Source: Antedon mediterranea (taxonomy: Eukaryota > Animalia > Echinodermata). From it: a stretch of 64,000 nt of DNA. Each line of letters starts with the position of its first letter. Within the stretch, counting starts at the first letter, position 1. This document shows, one piece after another, positions 1 to 14,667 of this stretch. The stretch is taken from assembly GCF_964355755.1 (NCBI RefSeq), contig NC_092679.1, positions 5,300,201-5,364,200 of the forward strand, in the 5' to 3' direction. The position numbers and the translations under genes are program-made. Under the pieces are notes generated by a model. The model was not told where the DNA came from. It saw only the letters and a list, made by a program, of their open reading frames with translations, and ran no database searches.

Positions 1-3000
1 CGCCATTTAATACATCTTCATAATTCCGTATACAGGGTATTAATATTAGTATTATTAATAATACTATATTTATTTGGATAATAATTTGAACGTCCATTTT
101 TAAAAGAACGTTCGTATCATTATTATATAACTGACCACCTGACTTAAGGTTAAGATTGTTAATACAAATTAGTAGCTCCTCCCAGTGCATTACTACTGTA
201 CTAGTAATAGCTCACATCCTTCCTTTCCATTTAACTACTATTTCTAGACATTTTGCTACTACCACCATTCGCTAGTCCTTTAACATGGTGGCCTATCTTT
301 TCTATTATGACTTACTAAATGCACCAAATATCATTAACGAATTAAGTACCACTTCAAACTATTAAACGGTACATTTAATACTGGTAGTATAGTATTATTA
401 GTAAACGTAGGTACTACAGTTATTAGGCCTAGCAAATATTTGGTTGTAGGCTACAATGTAGGTCGGTAAAAGCGTTACATTCTATCGGTAATAGCCTAGT
501 GTTTATGTGCATAAAAGTGCTATATGTGCAAATACGATGTCACCTGAAGTAGGCCTAATTTAAAATGTCATTTAAAAAATGTTATTATTTCCTTTGGTTT
601 ATTTATGTTGTCGCGTCTGATTCAATGTGACAGATCCCACGTCCAAACATTATGAAACATTGTATTCAAGTTTGACCAATGTAAAAAAACGAGGCTACCA
701 GACGAGCAAAATTTATAAAAATAGTTTAATCCTTCTTGAAAACACTGTGTAATAAATGTTGTTAAAAATAAAGAAACTGGTGTAACCTATGTACATAGAT
801 AATAATGGTTCAAAATGGAATGATTGTACTGGCTTCAGGTATAACAGAATGTATGTAACCCTTATTCGGAGCATACGCCACTTTAAACAGGGTATTCTAC
901 GCTATGCGTACAAACTAATGCATCAACCGCTGTCAAAATATAGATATAAGTATACGTTTTGACATTCTGAGAATAAATGGTTTTAAAACGAGATAAATGT
1001 TCCAACTCTGATTTTGTGAAAGTTCTAATGTACTATATCTTTTAAATATTTATATACAATCTTGATTGGGGTTATCCTCTATTTAAGCTAGGTTACCGTA
1101 TGCCGCGGCTTAGGTTATGGATTGACTTATTAGGTGAATGAAATGTACAATATATTGTATTTATATTATTATTGTACAAAAGAAAACATACAAAGAAAGA
1201 CGATATATATGCTAGTTGAAGAATGCGTCGGTCCATCAACATTCAACCATTTCAACGAAAAACCAAGAAATCGCAATGTGGGGTAAGTTTCAGAAATAAC
1301 TTACATTTTTCTTTCGTTTTTAGTAATTACATTTTGTACTGATTTGTTAAAATAATTTTGAAAACAAATAGTATTACTGTATTTTATATTTACTGTTTCA
1401 ACACGTTTTATACCATTTTATTGAAAATGTTGGATTTTTATGTTTCTTTATGTTATGGTACATTTCCTTTTTTAAGTTAATGGAGATATTAACTCAGAAT
1501 TAGTAATCAACTATTACATTTTTTTGTATTAAATTGGTTCACGACACAATATTTTAGGAACGTGAGTCTCTCATCACTGGTGACACTGCCCCCACTCGGC
1601 TCTGGCAAAGATTTTTTAAACCTTAGTAAAAAGGCAAAAGTCTAAACCAATAACAACAAAAACAACCTTATTTATTAGTTTCAACTTTATATAATTAAGG
1701 TTAAAATAACAATTTCTATACATTTTTATATATACCCCACCACTTTCTTCCACTCCTCAATTGATAGTCTCCGACGCCCCCAAAACAATTCATTAATAAC
1801 GTTCTGTATAATACAGTAGTTAACCCTGACAAGAAACTCTCTCATGGGCCAGGTTTACACCTCTCTCACCCCCTCCCCACCCCATCCTCTCTATCAACAA
1901 AACTCTCATATTTAACAAAATAATGCAAACATTGTACTGTATTGAATAGTTTGAAAGTTGGTAATAAGCATGTACTTCCTCTTCATGGAATCACTCTTAC
2001 CAAAAGCTCATATTTCGAGTTTGTTTAGTATACTGTTTCCAATATTTCCTCAATACCGGCTCTCCTCCTATTAGTCGTAACATGATTTAATATTTGTATT
2101 AGCTATGTTTTATAAACATTTGAAGGAATTGAGTCATTTCTTAAATATTTCCAATTTGTCTAGTGCCCACCTTTGGTTTAGTAATGATTGCTATTAGGCC
2201 TATTCTAACATTATTATGTTCGCCAAACCGATAACAATTCTGACTTTTCTAAAAATAGCATAAAGGTACTTTCTAAGGATTGTTAAATTCATTTTATTTT
2301 ATCAATCCTTGAGTTTTTTTTAATAACAATGTTGACGCATGGTGGCGTGTGAACCCATACACAATAGTTGACTATTATTACTCAACTCCGAATTTTTTTA
2401 TAATTTTGTGGATTTATTAATAATATTATCTTTTTTTTTAATAATGTCAATAATAATGTGATATGATAGGCTTAAATTTATTCCAGTCTACAGTGAATCA
2501 ACCGTTCGATTGCTTTATCATGATTCATTTCGATATTTACTCAAATGATACTATAATATGATCATGATGGAATATTATCTAATGATATAATATTATTTGT
2601 ATTTTTAATATATGATCTCGTACTTGGTTTATAGTCACATTAATCATAAACATCTAACCATAATTACTAAAGTAATTTGGTAGCCACGGTATATGATATG
2701 CCATGTTTTAACAAATTCATAAGTCGCTTATAATGCAATTCCACGTTAGCTCAAATGACCAGAAAATTATATTAGACACTTATATCGCGTCTACCTGTTA
2801 CATATAAAGTATACTAAGGTATTTTAAACCTATTGTGTGTGATTAATTCTTTTTCTCGATATGTATACAAATGAATGGGTCCCCCAGCTACTTAAAAGCT
2901 TCTTAAGTTTCTAATTTTTAAGTATGTGCGTCAGGGGTTTGTATTAATTAGCCAATCTTCTTATACATTTAAAATGTTTTCTTTAACCAAATAAGTATAA

Positions 3001-6000
3001 ACATGTAATTCATTTATATTTAGTTTGAGGGATGTTATTCTAAGTCTCGAGAGCTTTGTACTTTTGATGGCAAGTCTCCATCTATCCTCTCTACTACAAT
3101 GCATCTATTATTGATCCGTTTTGCTTGTATTTCAATACGAATAGAGTATTCAGTTTGAATGCGAAAGAAAACAACCGTTGGGGTTATAAGCAACTACTGA
3201 GGTTATAATACGTTAATCAGTCTATTTGAGTAACAATTTAGATATCACACATGGGGCTTATACCATTGTATTAAATTAAAAAATAGTCTCTACAACTTAG
3301 GCATATACATCGAAATCACAGTCAATTGTTAGAACGCCATTTAGAAATAAGTAAACAGAAAGCCTTTTTAGAAATTAATTATAAAATAAATTTTTATTAA
3401 TTATCTTTGAATATGTGGTAAAAATATTCATTATTATTATTTATTAACAAATTGTATTAATCTACCAATTGATATTGTATTGTTAATGAATACCAATACA
3501 TTGTATGGACACTAAGTAATTAACAGTATAATTATCATTGTTGTTTAATCGCACAAACTATAATAAAAAAAATTATTTTTTTTAAATTACAAAATAACAT
3601 TTTATTTTGTAGTTTGATAAGGAGAGTGTGGCAACTAGGTCGTTGTAATATAATCGTTTTTATACGACCTTGTGTTTTAAGTTGTTATGATTATTAAATT
3701 TGTCGAAGCATAATCGAAACTAACTAAGTACACCTTAAAAATGGTTCAATTTATTGAACCAAATTAAGTATAATCAAGTTAAAATTATATATTTTAGTAT
3801 TGTATTAGTTTAGGGTTTTAATTTTTCTATTGTTTTTAAATGTATGTAGGGCATAGGCTTATATTTACAAAAAATAACCCATAAAAATATATCATTTATT
3901 TTCATCATTGATGAATTTTAATTGTCGCAATGTCTTCATAAATCCAAAGTTCTATAACAATAAAGAGCGGATTTGAAAGTGACAAATTATGAAATGATTG
4001 TACGGTAATATAAATGCATTTAATACAATGCAATGTGAAGATAGAAGTGCCTAGGCCCCGTGTTTGCCAATTGTCTACATACGTTGCATTATTGTGAATG
4101 CCATAACCTCGCTTTCTCTCGTAATCTGGGTCAATTCGGTCGACATTGATCGCGTCGGTTCAATATACAATACTTTCATATTTTATCATAGGTAATTATT
4201 GTAATACAACATTCAATATTCATGAATTTAAAACATACTTTCTATTTGTTCGTCGAACATTTTGTTCTTATCCTAATTTCCATTCCATTTCCATTTTATT
4301 CAATGGTACTGTTTTGATTTGTTAATGTAAACTAATAAGCTGCTATTCTTTAACACATGCTAATATTTACAACAATAATGAGCTTACTGTTAGTTAGTAA
4401 AACATTGTTATTTCATATCGTTTCATTTCACATCAACTTAAAATACTCAATCAAACGAAGATATTTATTATTTCAACAGCTGTACTGCTCAGTGTTATTG
4501 TTCTAACGTCATTTAATTATAATCATAAAATTATCTTTTTTTTTATTGCTTATAACTCTTAATTTCGATTATTTATGGAATCAATGTAAAATCAATTTTC
4601 TAAAATGTTATTTTGATTATTTCTTGTAGGAATTTACCATTTTGTGTGATATTTAAATTGTTAGCAATACATGTTGTTTCCGTCGTTTTTCATTGCATAA
4701 TTACAACAGGGAAATTATGTTAATATATTTTACATGAGATTGTATTCATAATGATAAATGATTATAGGTCCATTTTTGGAAATTGTCAATATAATATTAC
4801 AATATAAATTTAGATAATAATGTATAAAAAAAAGTAACGGAGAAACCCATGAAAGTAGATAAAAGAAATAAAAAATGAACAGGTCATTTATATTCGGTTT
4901 ATTTGCGGTTTATAGGCAGTAACCTATACTTTAAAAGACAAGCTTCCATCAACGTGAGACATGGCTTTTAGCTCCTATTCTTGTTTAATTAATGTGAAGC
5001 TTATCATGGCTAGATATATAATAAAGGAATGAAAGAAATGATTATAGCTTCGGTTATAAGTATCTTAGTGCAGATTAATTTATAATTAATGTCATTTTAA
5101 TTACCAGTGAATGACAGAAGAGCAGTTTTCAGCAAACACGTAGACAAAGATACTTCTTTACATTTGTTACTAAAATATTTACTTATTATCTAAATAATAG
5201 CTGGGACAATACACTTATTAAAATCCATGATCCTCTCTCAAAACGTTTCTATTTTTCGGTTACTTTCTCGGACTCCCATCATATTTTGTTCATTTATTTT
5301 TTTACCCAATTGTTGAATCATACTTTTTAGGTCATAATTTTTCCTTTCTGTTGTTATCTTTTAATTATTTTTTGGTTGGACTGCGTCTCATATGAGGTCT
5401 ATTATGTCTTTCTATTTTTCACAGTATATACAAATTCTATCTTAAATATGTTGTAATTTCCTTACATTTTAAAGCAATTTGTGTCTAATTTTATATTAGT
5501 AGTAGTTATTTATTAGTAGAATATTATTAATATTTTATAATTTGATTATTATAAATATAAGAATGATAATCTATGTTTTCTGTTATAGATTATTTCCTAT
5601 TATTTATCAATGATTTTCCAATAGATTTTGATAATTTATATTTTATATTTCTAAAATATATAGGCCTAGGACTCATGCCGGCAATCATTTTGAAGAAAAC
5701 AACAATAATTTGATTGTCGCAAAGAATAATTCAATAAATAAATTTACTTTTTAAAGGAATCGTTTAGCCACAAAATAAAAAGGTTTCTTTATTTGTTGTC
5801 AAAATGTCGTTTGATAAAATAATAATATAAATGGTTATACGATCCAGTATAATTATGGCGCTATATGAACTTTATTAATAAATTGACATTAGATAGGACA
5901 AGCAATGTTTTCTATAATTCGAAAATTATACGAATTTTATTTTAATTATATACTTGTATGTAACAGCATTTGGATCTTTTCTTGTTTTAGTGTTACTAGT

Positions 6001-7989
6001 TTCGATTAATTCGTTAGGTTACCTGTTATCATGCTTTCTATATAGTTGTTATTATTAGGCGAATCGATACTAAATATTAGTACTATTATTTTCAACTTTA
6101 ATCTTTCTGAAATGTATATTATTTCAGGTTCTACGACTTTATTCGTTTAGTCATTTTGAAGAGCTGTTCTATTTTTCGATTACCGCAATAAACTATCTGC
6201 CTATATGTTAATAACATAGGCCTATATTAATTTATTTTTATTTATTTCTTCTTTATACTGGGCTGGGACCTTTTCAGACTGTTCTCCCAGATGCCCAGAG
6301 CACAGACTAAACCAGAGTAGAGTACAGAGTACAATAAAAACAAGAAGAAAAACCTATTGGCAATTGTGCTAAAAGTATTAGTTTTGTTACATAATTGTTG
6401 TTATACACCTAGTTATTAAGTAGAAACTTGGAATTATTCTTCCTTATTTATCTATTGGTTTAACTTGCATTACATAAAAATAATAATCTTGATATTTTTG
6501 CCATTTCTTTTTGTTATTGAACGAATTATAAATATATTGCCCTGTTCTTTTTAATATGTACATCTACTTATTTTCTATATTTTAGTAACTTTTGAGTACA
6601 AAATATTGTGCTTTCGTTAATTTTTCTATGTAAAAAGTCCAACACTGTACTTTGTTTTTGCTAAATATAATTTTTTACAACGTTATTTTAATACAATCAA
6701 GGTTATTTACCTATCCAGTTGTCATAACCAATATGGCTGTCAATTATATTACATTGCCCTATGACATCTACACGTTAGTATTTAGGGTATGGCCTATTTT
6801 TGCTAATAATGTATAATGTTTTATAATTTTAAATGTGCTCGATGTATGTTATAATCACAAGGGTTAAGCAGATGGGGTAAACTCAGAGACATTGGAACAT
6901 ATGAAAATAATAAATGTAACGGAAGTAGTGGCAGCTTACAACCAAAGTACATCTTCAAGATTTAATACTCAGACATATCTGATCAACTTTATGTTTTACA
7001 AAATCAGATTATCTTTCCAACGTTCATTGCTAGATTCGTAATTACAATGCATTTTGGGTATTCGGTATAAATTACGTCAGCGTCTGGAAAGGCATCTTAA
7101 TAATTATTATAGGGTACTTATCATAAATTCTTCATATTATTGATGATGATTTTGACGACGATGATTATTAACAATTTTCATTCCTGTTTAATTTAACTAA
7201 ATTCCATAGGAACTACTAAAATATTACTGACGTTTGGTCTGTTTGCCAACATAATGATTGCAAAACAATTATTACACCAAAAGAAATAAAATGCTATTTT
7301 TTAGGTCATTTTCTCAGAGTAAGTAGCCTACCACATTGAACAGTAAATAGGATGTCATACATTAAATGTAATGTTACGATTATTATAAGATTTAAAATTC
7401 CCATTTTCTGAGCATAAAACAATAACTATATGACCCTCCTACATGTAAGTTAGGTAATTATTCAAATTAATTGATAATTATTTATGAGTCAATTATTAAT
7501 TGATTGACTAAAGTAACCGCAGTGAATATGGCGATCTGCTTCTGTTCCGACTGTCATCTTACTAATATCACGTGACTCTAAGAGTTGTAATATTGGATAC
7601 AAATGGGGTTACTAGTTGCTAATATTTCCCTAAAAAAACGATTTCTTAAAACTTAAACTGTCTCAAAGAATGTATCTGTACTAATACGCCACACTCTTTA
7701 TATACTTATTTTTTTGACAATCGAAACTAATATTTATAATTAAAATAATTTTCTATATTTCCTGTTCCCGATCGTTCTATTTTCGATTGGTTTTTATCAC
7801 TAAAACGAGTCGATTGAAATACAAACCACAAATTTCTAACACATTTAACTTTAATAGAAACTTACACTTTTATGTACGATTGGTAATTATTGTATTATAT
7901 TTCAAAATTGATAGGATTATACCTATTAACTAGGTCTATACTTTTCAAATTCTTTTCTACTTCTAATTAGATCTGCTTTGAAAATCAAT

Positions 7990-8450
7990 GGACGGTGATA
8001 GATTGCCAATCCCCTCTTTTACTAGCTCGTCTCTTTTCTAAATAGTCTGTTTCATATTTGACCATTATACTCCACCAGTGCCCTCAGGGGGTCCTCTAAT
8101 GCAAACACAGCCACCCTTACACACCAGGTTTTTTCAAAATCTATGAAAAGCATTTCTTTTTTTGTTCTTTTGGAATGAACTTTTCCTGCACTAAAAGTGC
8201 TTCATTGAATTGTTTACTTAAAGATAATGTATCACTCGCTTTAAAGTCTTTCTATTTCTTTTACATGTCTGTGTCTTTAGAAAATAACAAATTTGATACG
8301 GAGGAACACAATACAAGAGAAACGAATTGTAGATAACTTGCTTGTTTAACTGCATTTTTCACAAAGTCTATTAAATATAACTTCTAGTTTTATTCAATAT
8401 TGGTTGTGTATTCTTTATTGAATTTTTAAAGAGAGCTCATGTTTTTTATT
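7990..8450 (-). mobile_element. Highly decayed CR1/L2-like LINE ORF2 C-terminal fragment
   Basis: Minus-strand translation gives HVKEIERL*, FNEAL and a downstream LF-K-like segment, resembling the post-RT 'I..LE.VQRRA...YEE.L' region of CR1/L2 ORF2. Many stops and frameshifts; boundaries approximate. Confidence 0.35.
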
Positions 8451-10554
8451 CAGATTCAGTTTATAATGTAATCTACACGAATGAATGCCCTATATATCAC
8501 AGTATCATAGAATAGTATCTCAACAAGTAAATGCCACAATGGTACTATCAATACAACCCAGAGTTTTTTACATAGCGTTTTGATAATTAACGTTCATGAT
8601 TACATTTATGATAATTATGCCTAAATACTATTTATTGAAGTACAACTTGATCGAAATAATCGTCAATTGTATAGGTCTTTTATTTAGGACACGCTTTATC
8701 TTAGCTTTTACAATGTAAGGGAACGTACTCTGCCATTGATATTAATTCTGCAGACGTTCTTTCTGTGTATGTATGAAGTTCAAAAGGTGACTTATTTGCT
8801 TACAGTTCTTTCTGTTAAATCTAGCCTGAGGTAAGAAAGCTCAACCGTTTTGGAGTAATTGTTAGACTTTTGTTTTCATTGTCAAGCCCAATTAAACTAT
8901 ATTTGCTTAACAGATTCTCTAATAAACACCTTGGCTCCTTACTGCCTTTATAATAGTACAGAAAAAAAAATTAGTTAACTTAAAGCCTTGACTGTGAGTT
9001 GCTTCAATTTAATTAATCGTAAGTTCTACGCCTCCATTTTACACTGCTTCTTAAGCAACGGCTGGAAAACCACACTGTGTGCAGATTCTGTCTAGGCCTA
9101 ACCGTTTATCTACAATATCAGTTATTTCTGCCAATGTTGTTATTAGAAATATCATATCTAGAAAAGCAGGTGTATTGTATAGACATTGCGCCTTTGCTAT
9201 TTTACTATACACAAAGGGACTGATTTATGAGAATACCTCTATTGACCTGGTCCTACTTTCGACCTCTTTATAACTAACGACGATAATTCAAAATCGTGTT
9301 CGACCTTAGTTTTTTTGGAATAATTCAATTTGATACCTGATTTGGTCGCAGTCAAATCAAACGTTCCGGCCGACAATTTTATGGACCCTAGGCCCTGAGA
9401 ATAGCTACTCAGTTACACATATATGATCATGTCAGCTGCCAGCACAAGAGGGGGTTTGGGTGACCAATCATGAAGGCAGCACGTAGCCAAAACAAGGGCT
9501 AGGGTTAGACAAATATGTCCACGTTGGTAATTATTAATATCAATATTTTCATTAAGTTCTATTATTGAACCATCTTTTGTGTAAGAACTAGAAAAATAAA
9601 GAAAGTAACAATACATACTAGCCTTATAAAAAAAAATGAAAACATTTGTTAAATATGTATTTGTAATGTAGGCCTCATTGATTAATCCGAGTAATGTCTT
9701 CGAAATGTCATTTGACTCATCATACTTCAATCAACAGATGTAAAGACACAAACCTGAAATATTTTTAGTCTTGGCAATATGAAGAGGGTAACCCACAGCG
9801 TGTGGTAATCGCTCATCTGACCCTTCATATACGACATGTCATATAATATCCAGGAATAAGCATTTTCAATCCAGAAATGTTTTTCGACAGTATCAAAAAG
9901 TATTCACAGCGAGTTTATCGGGACATGCGCACTTCGTACCTTAACTTGTTTTGAGGTTCAGGAGAGGTCTCAGGAATGGACGATCTAACACTGTAAGCCT
10001 ATATATTTAGTATAGGTAATAGTATTTAGATACTTTTACATTGTAAGAAGGTAGTGACACAATCCAACATTCTGTTCTGACGGGTCTGATACAGTGTTAC
10101 AATTTGTACGTGGAAGAAGAGACGATCAACGGTTTGTTAAGCAACTATAAGACGATGAAGAAGATGTGCCACGGATTGAATTAACTAATAGTTTTGGGTT
10201 AACTTAAATTGATCTCGTTGCTAGGATCAAATTTCGTCATCATTTCTTATTACAGCTTTTATCAATAAAGATGGTAGACTGAACCACTCGTCTTGTCTCT
10301 TAATATCAGCTTATTGGAGATCGTTATAAATGTTAACTTGAAATCAGATGAATACTATAACACGATATTTACACAGAAAGTTACAGTTTAATTCTCTTAA
10401 CATAGATAATATATGTTATATTGCCAATTTGCCAATTTGAGACGGATACAGGGTTAAGAAACAATAATAATAAAAATAATATCTATTAGGCCTAACAAAG
10501 AGAAGATGGCTGTGAACATGTAACGCACAAAAATGATTGAATCTCTAAAACTAA

Positions 10555-11045
10555 TGTTTGGTTTCCACAATATAGACGCAAGGCAAGGACGTAAGCGTAA
10601 CGTAAAGCGTGGTTCCCACTAGCGACGCAACACAAGGACGTAACGCAAGTGAATTGACCAATCACAAGCCATGGCTTATTCGCTTGTGATTGCTAACTGT
10701 CTATAACTTCGCTTGTCATTGGTTAAAACGCTTGCGTTGCGTTTACGTCCTTGCGTTACGTTCTAGTGGAAACCAAGCTTAATTTACTTGCGTTGCGTTA
10801 CGTCCTTGTGTTGCGTCGCTAGTGGGAACCACGCTTTAGTGATTTGACAACAACGAATTGTCATTGTCATTGGACAACTCGCTCGCGCTGCGTCTACGTC
10901 CTTGCGTTGCGTCTACGTCCTTGCGTTGCGTCTACGTCCTTGTGTTGCGTCTACGTCCTTGCGTTGCGTCTACGTCCTTGCGTTGCGTCTACGTCCTTGC
11001 GTTGCGTCTACGTCCTTGCGTTGCGTCGCTAGTTGGAACCACGGT
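10555..11045. mobile_element. Cluster of related PIF/Harbinger-type MITE ends (interleaved or nested)
   Basis: Left ends at 10555 and 10606 (TAA|AGCGTGGTTCCCACTAGCGACGCAACACAAGGACGTAACGCAA). Inverted right ends finish at 10779 (|TAA), 10835 (|TTA) and 11045 (|TAA). TWA flanks are typical of PIF/Harbinger. Confidence 0.7.
10891..11023. repeat. 19-bp minisatellite (CGTCTACGTCCTTGCGTTG) x7
   Basis: Seven near-perfect copies read directly. The unit matches the subterminal sequence of the surrounding MITE ends. Confidence 0.95.
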
Positions 11046-11306
11046 TAAGGAGTTAGCCCTATTAATGCAGAAATCAAAGACGCAAAACAGTTTTACAAGC
11101 CCCTATCCAGTTGATCTTGTCATAAGTTTCTTATGGTATTTACAACATTAATTAAATACCGCACCACGTTTTTGTTAAATTTGTTTTATCAAATTGCTTG
11201 CATTTCAATAGTCCTATTTTTGAAAAATCACTAATTTTAGTTACAATATAATTTTTAATTAAAAGTATGAAAATATAATTTATACATGAATTTGAGGAAT
11301 CTGTAA

Positions 11307-11411
11307 AACCTGTCACTATCAAACTAGTTTGTGATGTGTCTAAATATGGTAGTTATATGCCCAAATATGGTAGCGATATGACATCATCATGTCCATAGTA
11401 TAGACAGAGCT
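11307..11411 (-). mobile_element. Degenerate copy of Harbinger-type MITE family A
   Basis: Interior aligns in reverse complement with 29670-29834 (atggacatgatgatgtcatatc...accatatttggg). Right end TAGACAGAGCT|TTA. Confidence 0.7.
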
Positions 11412-11857
11412 TTAGAATAATATGTGAATTTATCTATCTAAACACGAGACATAATACACAACCTGATATTATAGGTAAATCAATAATTTATTCATTTTCA
11501 CTTTTATTATTAAAATGTAACAAAATAGGGCAGATATTAAGTTACAAATTTTAACCTGGTCAAGTCGTTTGTAACTAACAAGGTCAGATAACGTATGATT
11601 TAATTACTTTATTAAATAATACAACTTGTATATAAAGGGTCGATCATCATCTGCCAACTCGAATACATACACAATCGTTTTTAGCATTAACACCCCTCTC
11701 CATGATTATTAACATTATTACATTTATTTGTATATATTTTTTTCTAAATGTTCTATTTTTTAACTAATTTGTAAAGGCAATCCCGTCACAGGATTCAAAT
11801 CTTTCTGGGATTTGCCTTCGACCATTTTCTTTTATTATCTCTTGCCATTGTTGTTTT

Positions 11858-11920
11858 TGCTACTTTTTGTCTTTTGGACGTTAATAAAATTTATTAACGT
11901 CCAAAAGACAAAAAGTAGCA
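11858..11920. repeat. Perfect inverted repeat, 31-bp arms with 1-nt spacer
   Basis: TGCTACTTTTTGTCTTTTGGACGTTAATAAA-A-TTTATTAACGTCCAAAAGACAAAAAGTAGCA. Confidence 0.95.
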
Positions 11921-12161
11921 TTTAATGTTCTTTTAATTACATTGAATTGAATGTTATAAATAGTAATTACAGTATATTTTGTATATAGAAGGACGACATT
12001 GACTGAGTAAATTATACATTTTTTGTTGTTGTTTTTGTTTAGTCTATGTAAATATAAAATTGAAAAAATTCATCTCCTTCCCAACATATGTAAATATGTT
12101 ATTAATGTTTGATTTTGGTCGAGATAAATGTTGAATTGAATTGAATTGTGTATAGGCTTAA

Positions 12162-12471
12162 AGATGTATTTTCCCCCTAAAAAAAATTTGTTTTTTTTTA
12201 ATATGCCATTTTAATGTAACATAATAAATATCCACTTTGACCATAAATTGGATCGAAAAAAATGTATTTACCTGAAAAACTGTAATTTAAATTGGTCAAC
12301 TGCCAGCCAATGGATTTTTGGTTGAATTTAACCATTTGCTTTGTCATTTTATAAGTGAAAACATTATTTCTTTTTATCGTTTTTTCTCCTATGGAAGTGA
12401 TTAACTTGATTAAAACTACAAAATGACCTATTCTAAGTCTAATTTAATTAATCGTCATTTTTCATGTTTTT
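12162..12471 (+). mobile_element. Kolobok-like MITE family B, 3'-truncated copy
   Basis: Starts TTAA|AGATGTATTTTCCCCC. Body is homologous to 38931-39234 and 55788-56135. Right TIR is missing. Confidence 0.8.
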
Positions 12472-12606
12472 GATTTTGGTCGAAATAAATGTGGAATTGA
12501 ATTGAATTTTGCATTGAATACAAATGGTTAAAGTAAAATTAATAATATGTTTAACCTCCTCGTGTTTAATGTCCATGGTCTATTTATTTTGAGTGTAGGC
12601 CTATAA

Positions 12607-12920
12607 CATAAAATGAATAAAATGATTACCGTAAAATAATACTATTGTTAACCTGATTAAAGCAATCACAGCAAATTTATATTTAAAAAAATGTTTTTTA
12701 ACTTGTCACAGTACTGTACTTATTCTAACATCTATTTCTATCTATTAAAAAAACATAAAATAAATAAAATGATTTACGTAAATAATAATAATAGTATTGT
12801 TGATCTTATTAAAGCAATGGCAGCTAATTTATAAAAAAGAAAAGATTTTTTTTTTTAAACATGTTCAAAGTACATATTACTGTACTTATTCTTATATCTA
12901 TGTATAAGGTATATTAAAAA
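12607..12920. repeat. Diverged ~150-bp tandem duplication
   Basis: aaatgatt...cgtaaa...tattgtt...attaaagcaat...tactgtacttattct occurs twice in tandem. Confidence 0.7.
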
Positions 12921-14667
12921 AATAAATTGTATGTCCAGTGAGATAGCATAATTTGTTTTCTTAAAAATGCTGTCACAGTAATTAGATGTGAAATACATTT
13001 CCTATAAATAGATTAAAATCCGAACCCGAGCGACTCTTAATCAAGAAATAATAAGTACGATTCAAATCTAACCTGAAATCCTACGTAATATATAATATGA
13101 GATATGAAATAACACGAATAATGATAATCATCATTTACTTATGGGCATATAAACCGCTTATAAATCAGGATGTTTCATACGTTGAATTATTTTTCTCAAA
13201 TTATGGGGTAATACGATCCTTGTAGTAAGTAGTACGAAACTAGGCTGCTTCTTGTGGCTACCTTAACAGAAGCTGATTGCTCGACGACGGCTACGGACTG
13301 GCTTTATGCAGCCTTCTGCAGCCATATGGCGAAGCGTTTATTAATAAGGTGAAGCTTAACTGGGGCATTTTATACACAGGAAAGTATTAATAATAATACT
13401 TAGCCTTACGCGGTTGTTTGTTGGTAATTTTTGAATTTTTGTGAGTAATAAACCGCGCCCCTTCAATTTCCATTACATTAATATCACTATACAACAGAGG
13501 CCTTCGTAACTACTTACTAATTTTTGATTTTGTAAAATCTTTATTTGTTCTAGATCGTATTATATCAAATTAGGTATTCTATTCATGTTTTATTTAAATA
13601 TATTTATAAGCTTACATATACATAATTATTTGATCATTGTATCAATGATAAACATATCCGTCATATGTTGTCATATCATTAGATAACCCAATGCGTACGT
13701 ATAGTAAATTGAATTATTGCCCGAATAACAATAATTAACATACAGTACAGTTTGGTTTGTTTAGATCTAGACATAAGCCATATTTTCTGTAATGTACTAT
13801 TCATACAAGTCATTTTGAATTCGTAACCCAAGTGTCGTGTAATAATATACATCCGCTTTACACACTTAAACTAATAATTTTTAAAATACAACAAGTTAAG
13901 CCTGTTGTTATGTCAGACATGATTCCATAAAGAAATTCAAGATCATATGTCGTTTTCAACAATTTTGCATGACATTATTATTAACGAAAATTTGTGTTGA
14001 GCGTGATATATCTGAATGATAACCTTTTGCACTTTTCCATATGTTACTGATTCGACTCGGTGACCTTTGCTCAGGTCATTCCAAGAGTCGTTGGACTGAG
14101 AATACAGACCTGTATAATATTAAGGTCATCAGACGTAGAATTAGATAAAATGCTATCAATTGTCTAAATACTTCTATGTTTGTAATTTGCAAAACAATAT
14201 GTAATTTCTACTGCAGTGTAGATTTGAATTAATGTTTTAATGGATAATTCTTGTTATCATTCATAAATCTTTTCATGCAAACTTTGTACATAGTATTGTA
14301 CAATACTACTTAGAAGTGTTATATGTTATTATACTGCCTAATGTATAACATATATTATTATATTACATAGCCTATGTAAATACGCGAACGTGATTGGTTG
14401 AAACTGCATCACATGACTACCGCTGCGAGGATCGTAAATCGTATATATCCTCGAGAACGATGATATTGAATGTGTAATTTTCGCGTAATTATCGTGTCCC
14501 CTGTCATTAAACATAAACATATTTGGGAAACCTGCATTCATTTAGCGTCTGCACAACATACAGACCAACAAACGCAGTGTTAATGTATGTTGATTTATAT
14601 TACAGTATGTATAGGGGTTTGTCAAAAGTTGCATTTTAGCAGCACATGTTGTTATTAGACATCGTAG

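Noticed and set aside
1600-2380. Possible decayed LINE 3' end on the minus strand
   Set aside because: Only vague motif resemblance; colinear protein motifs could not be recovered.
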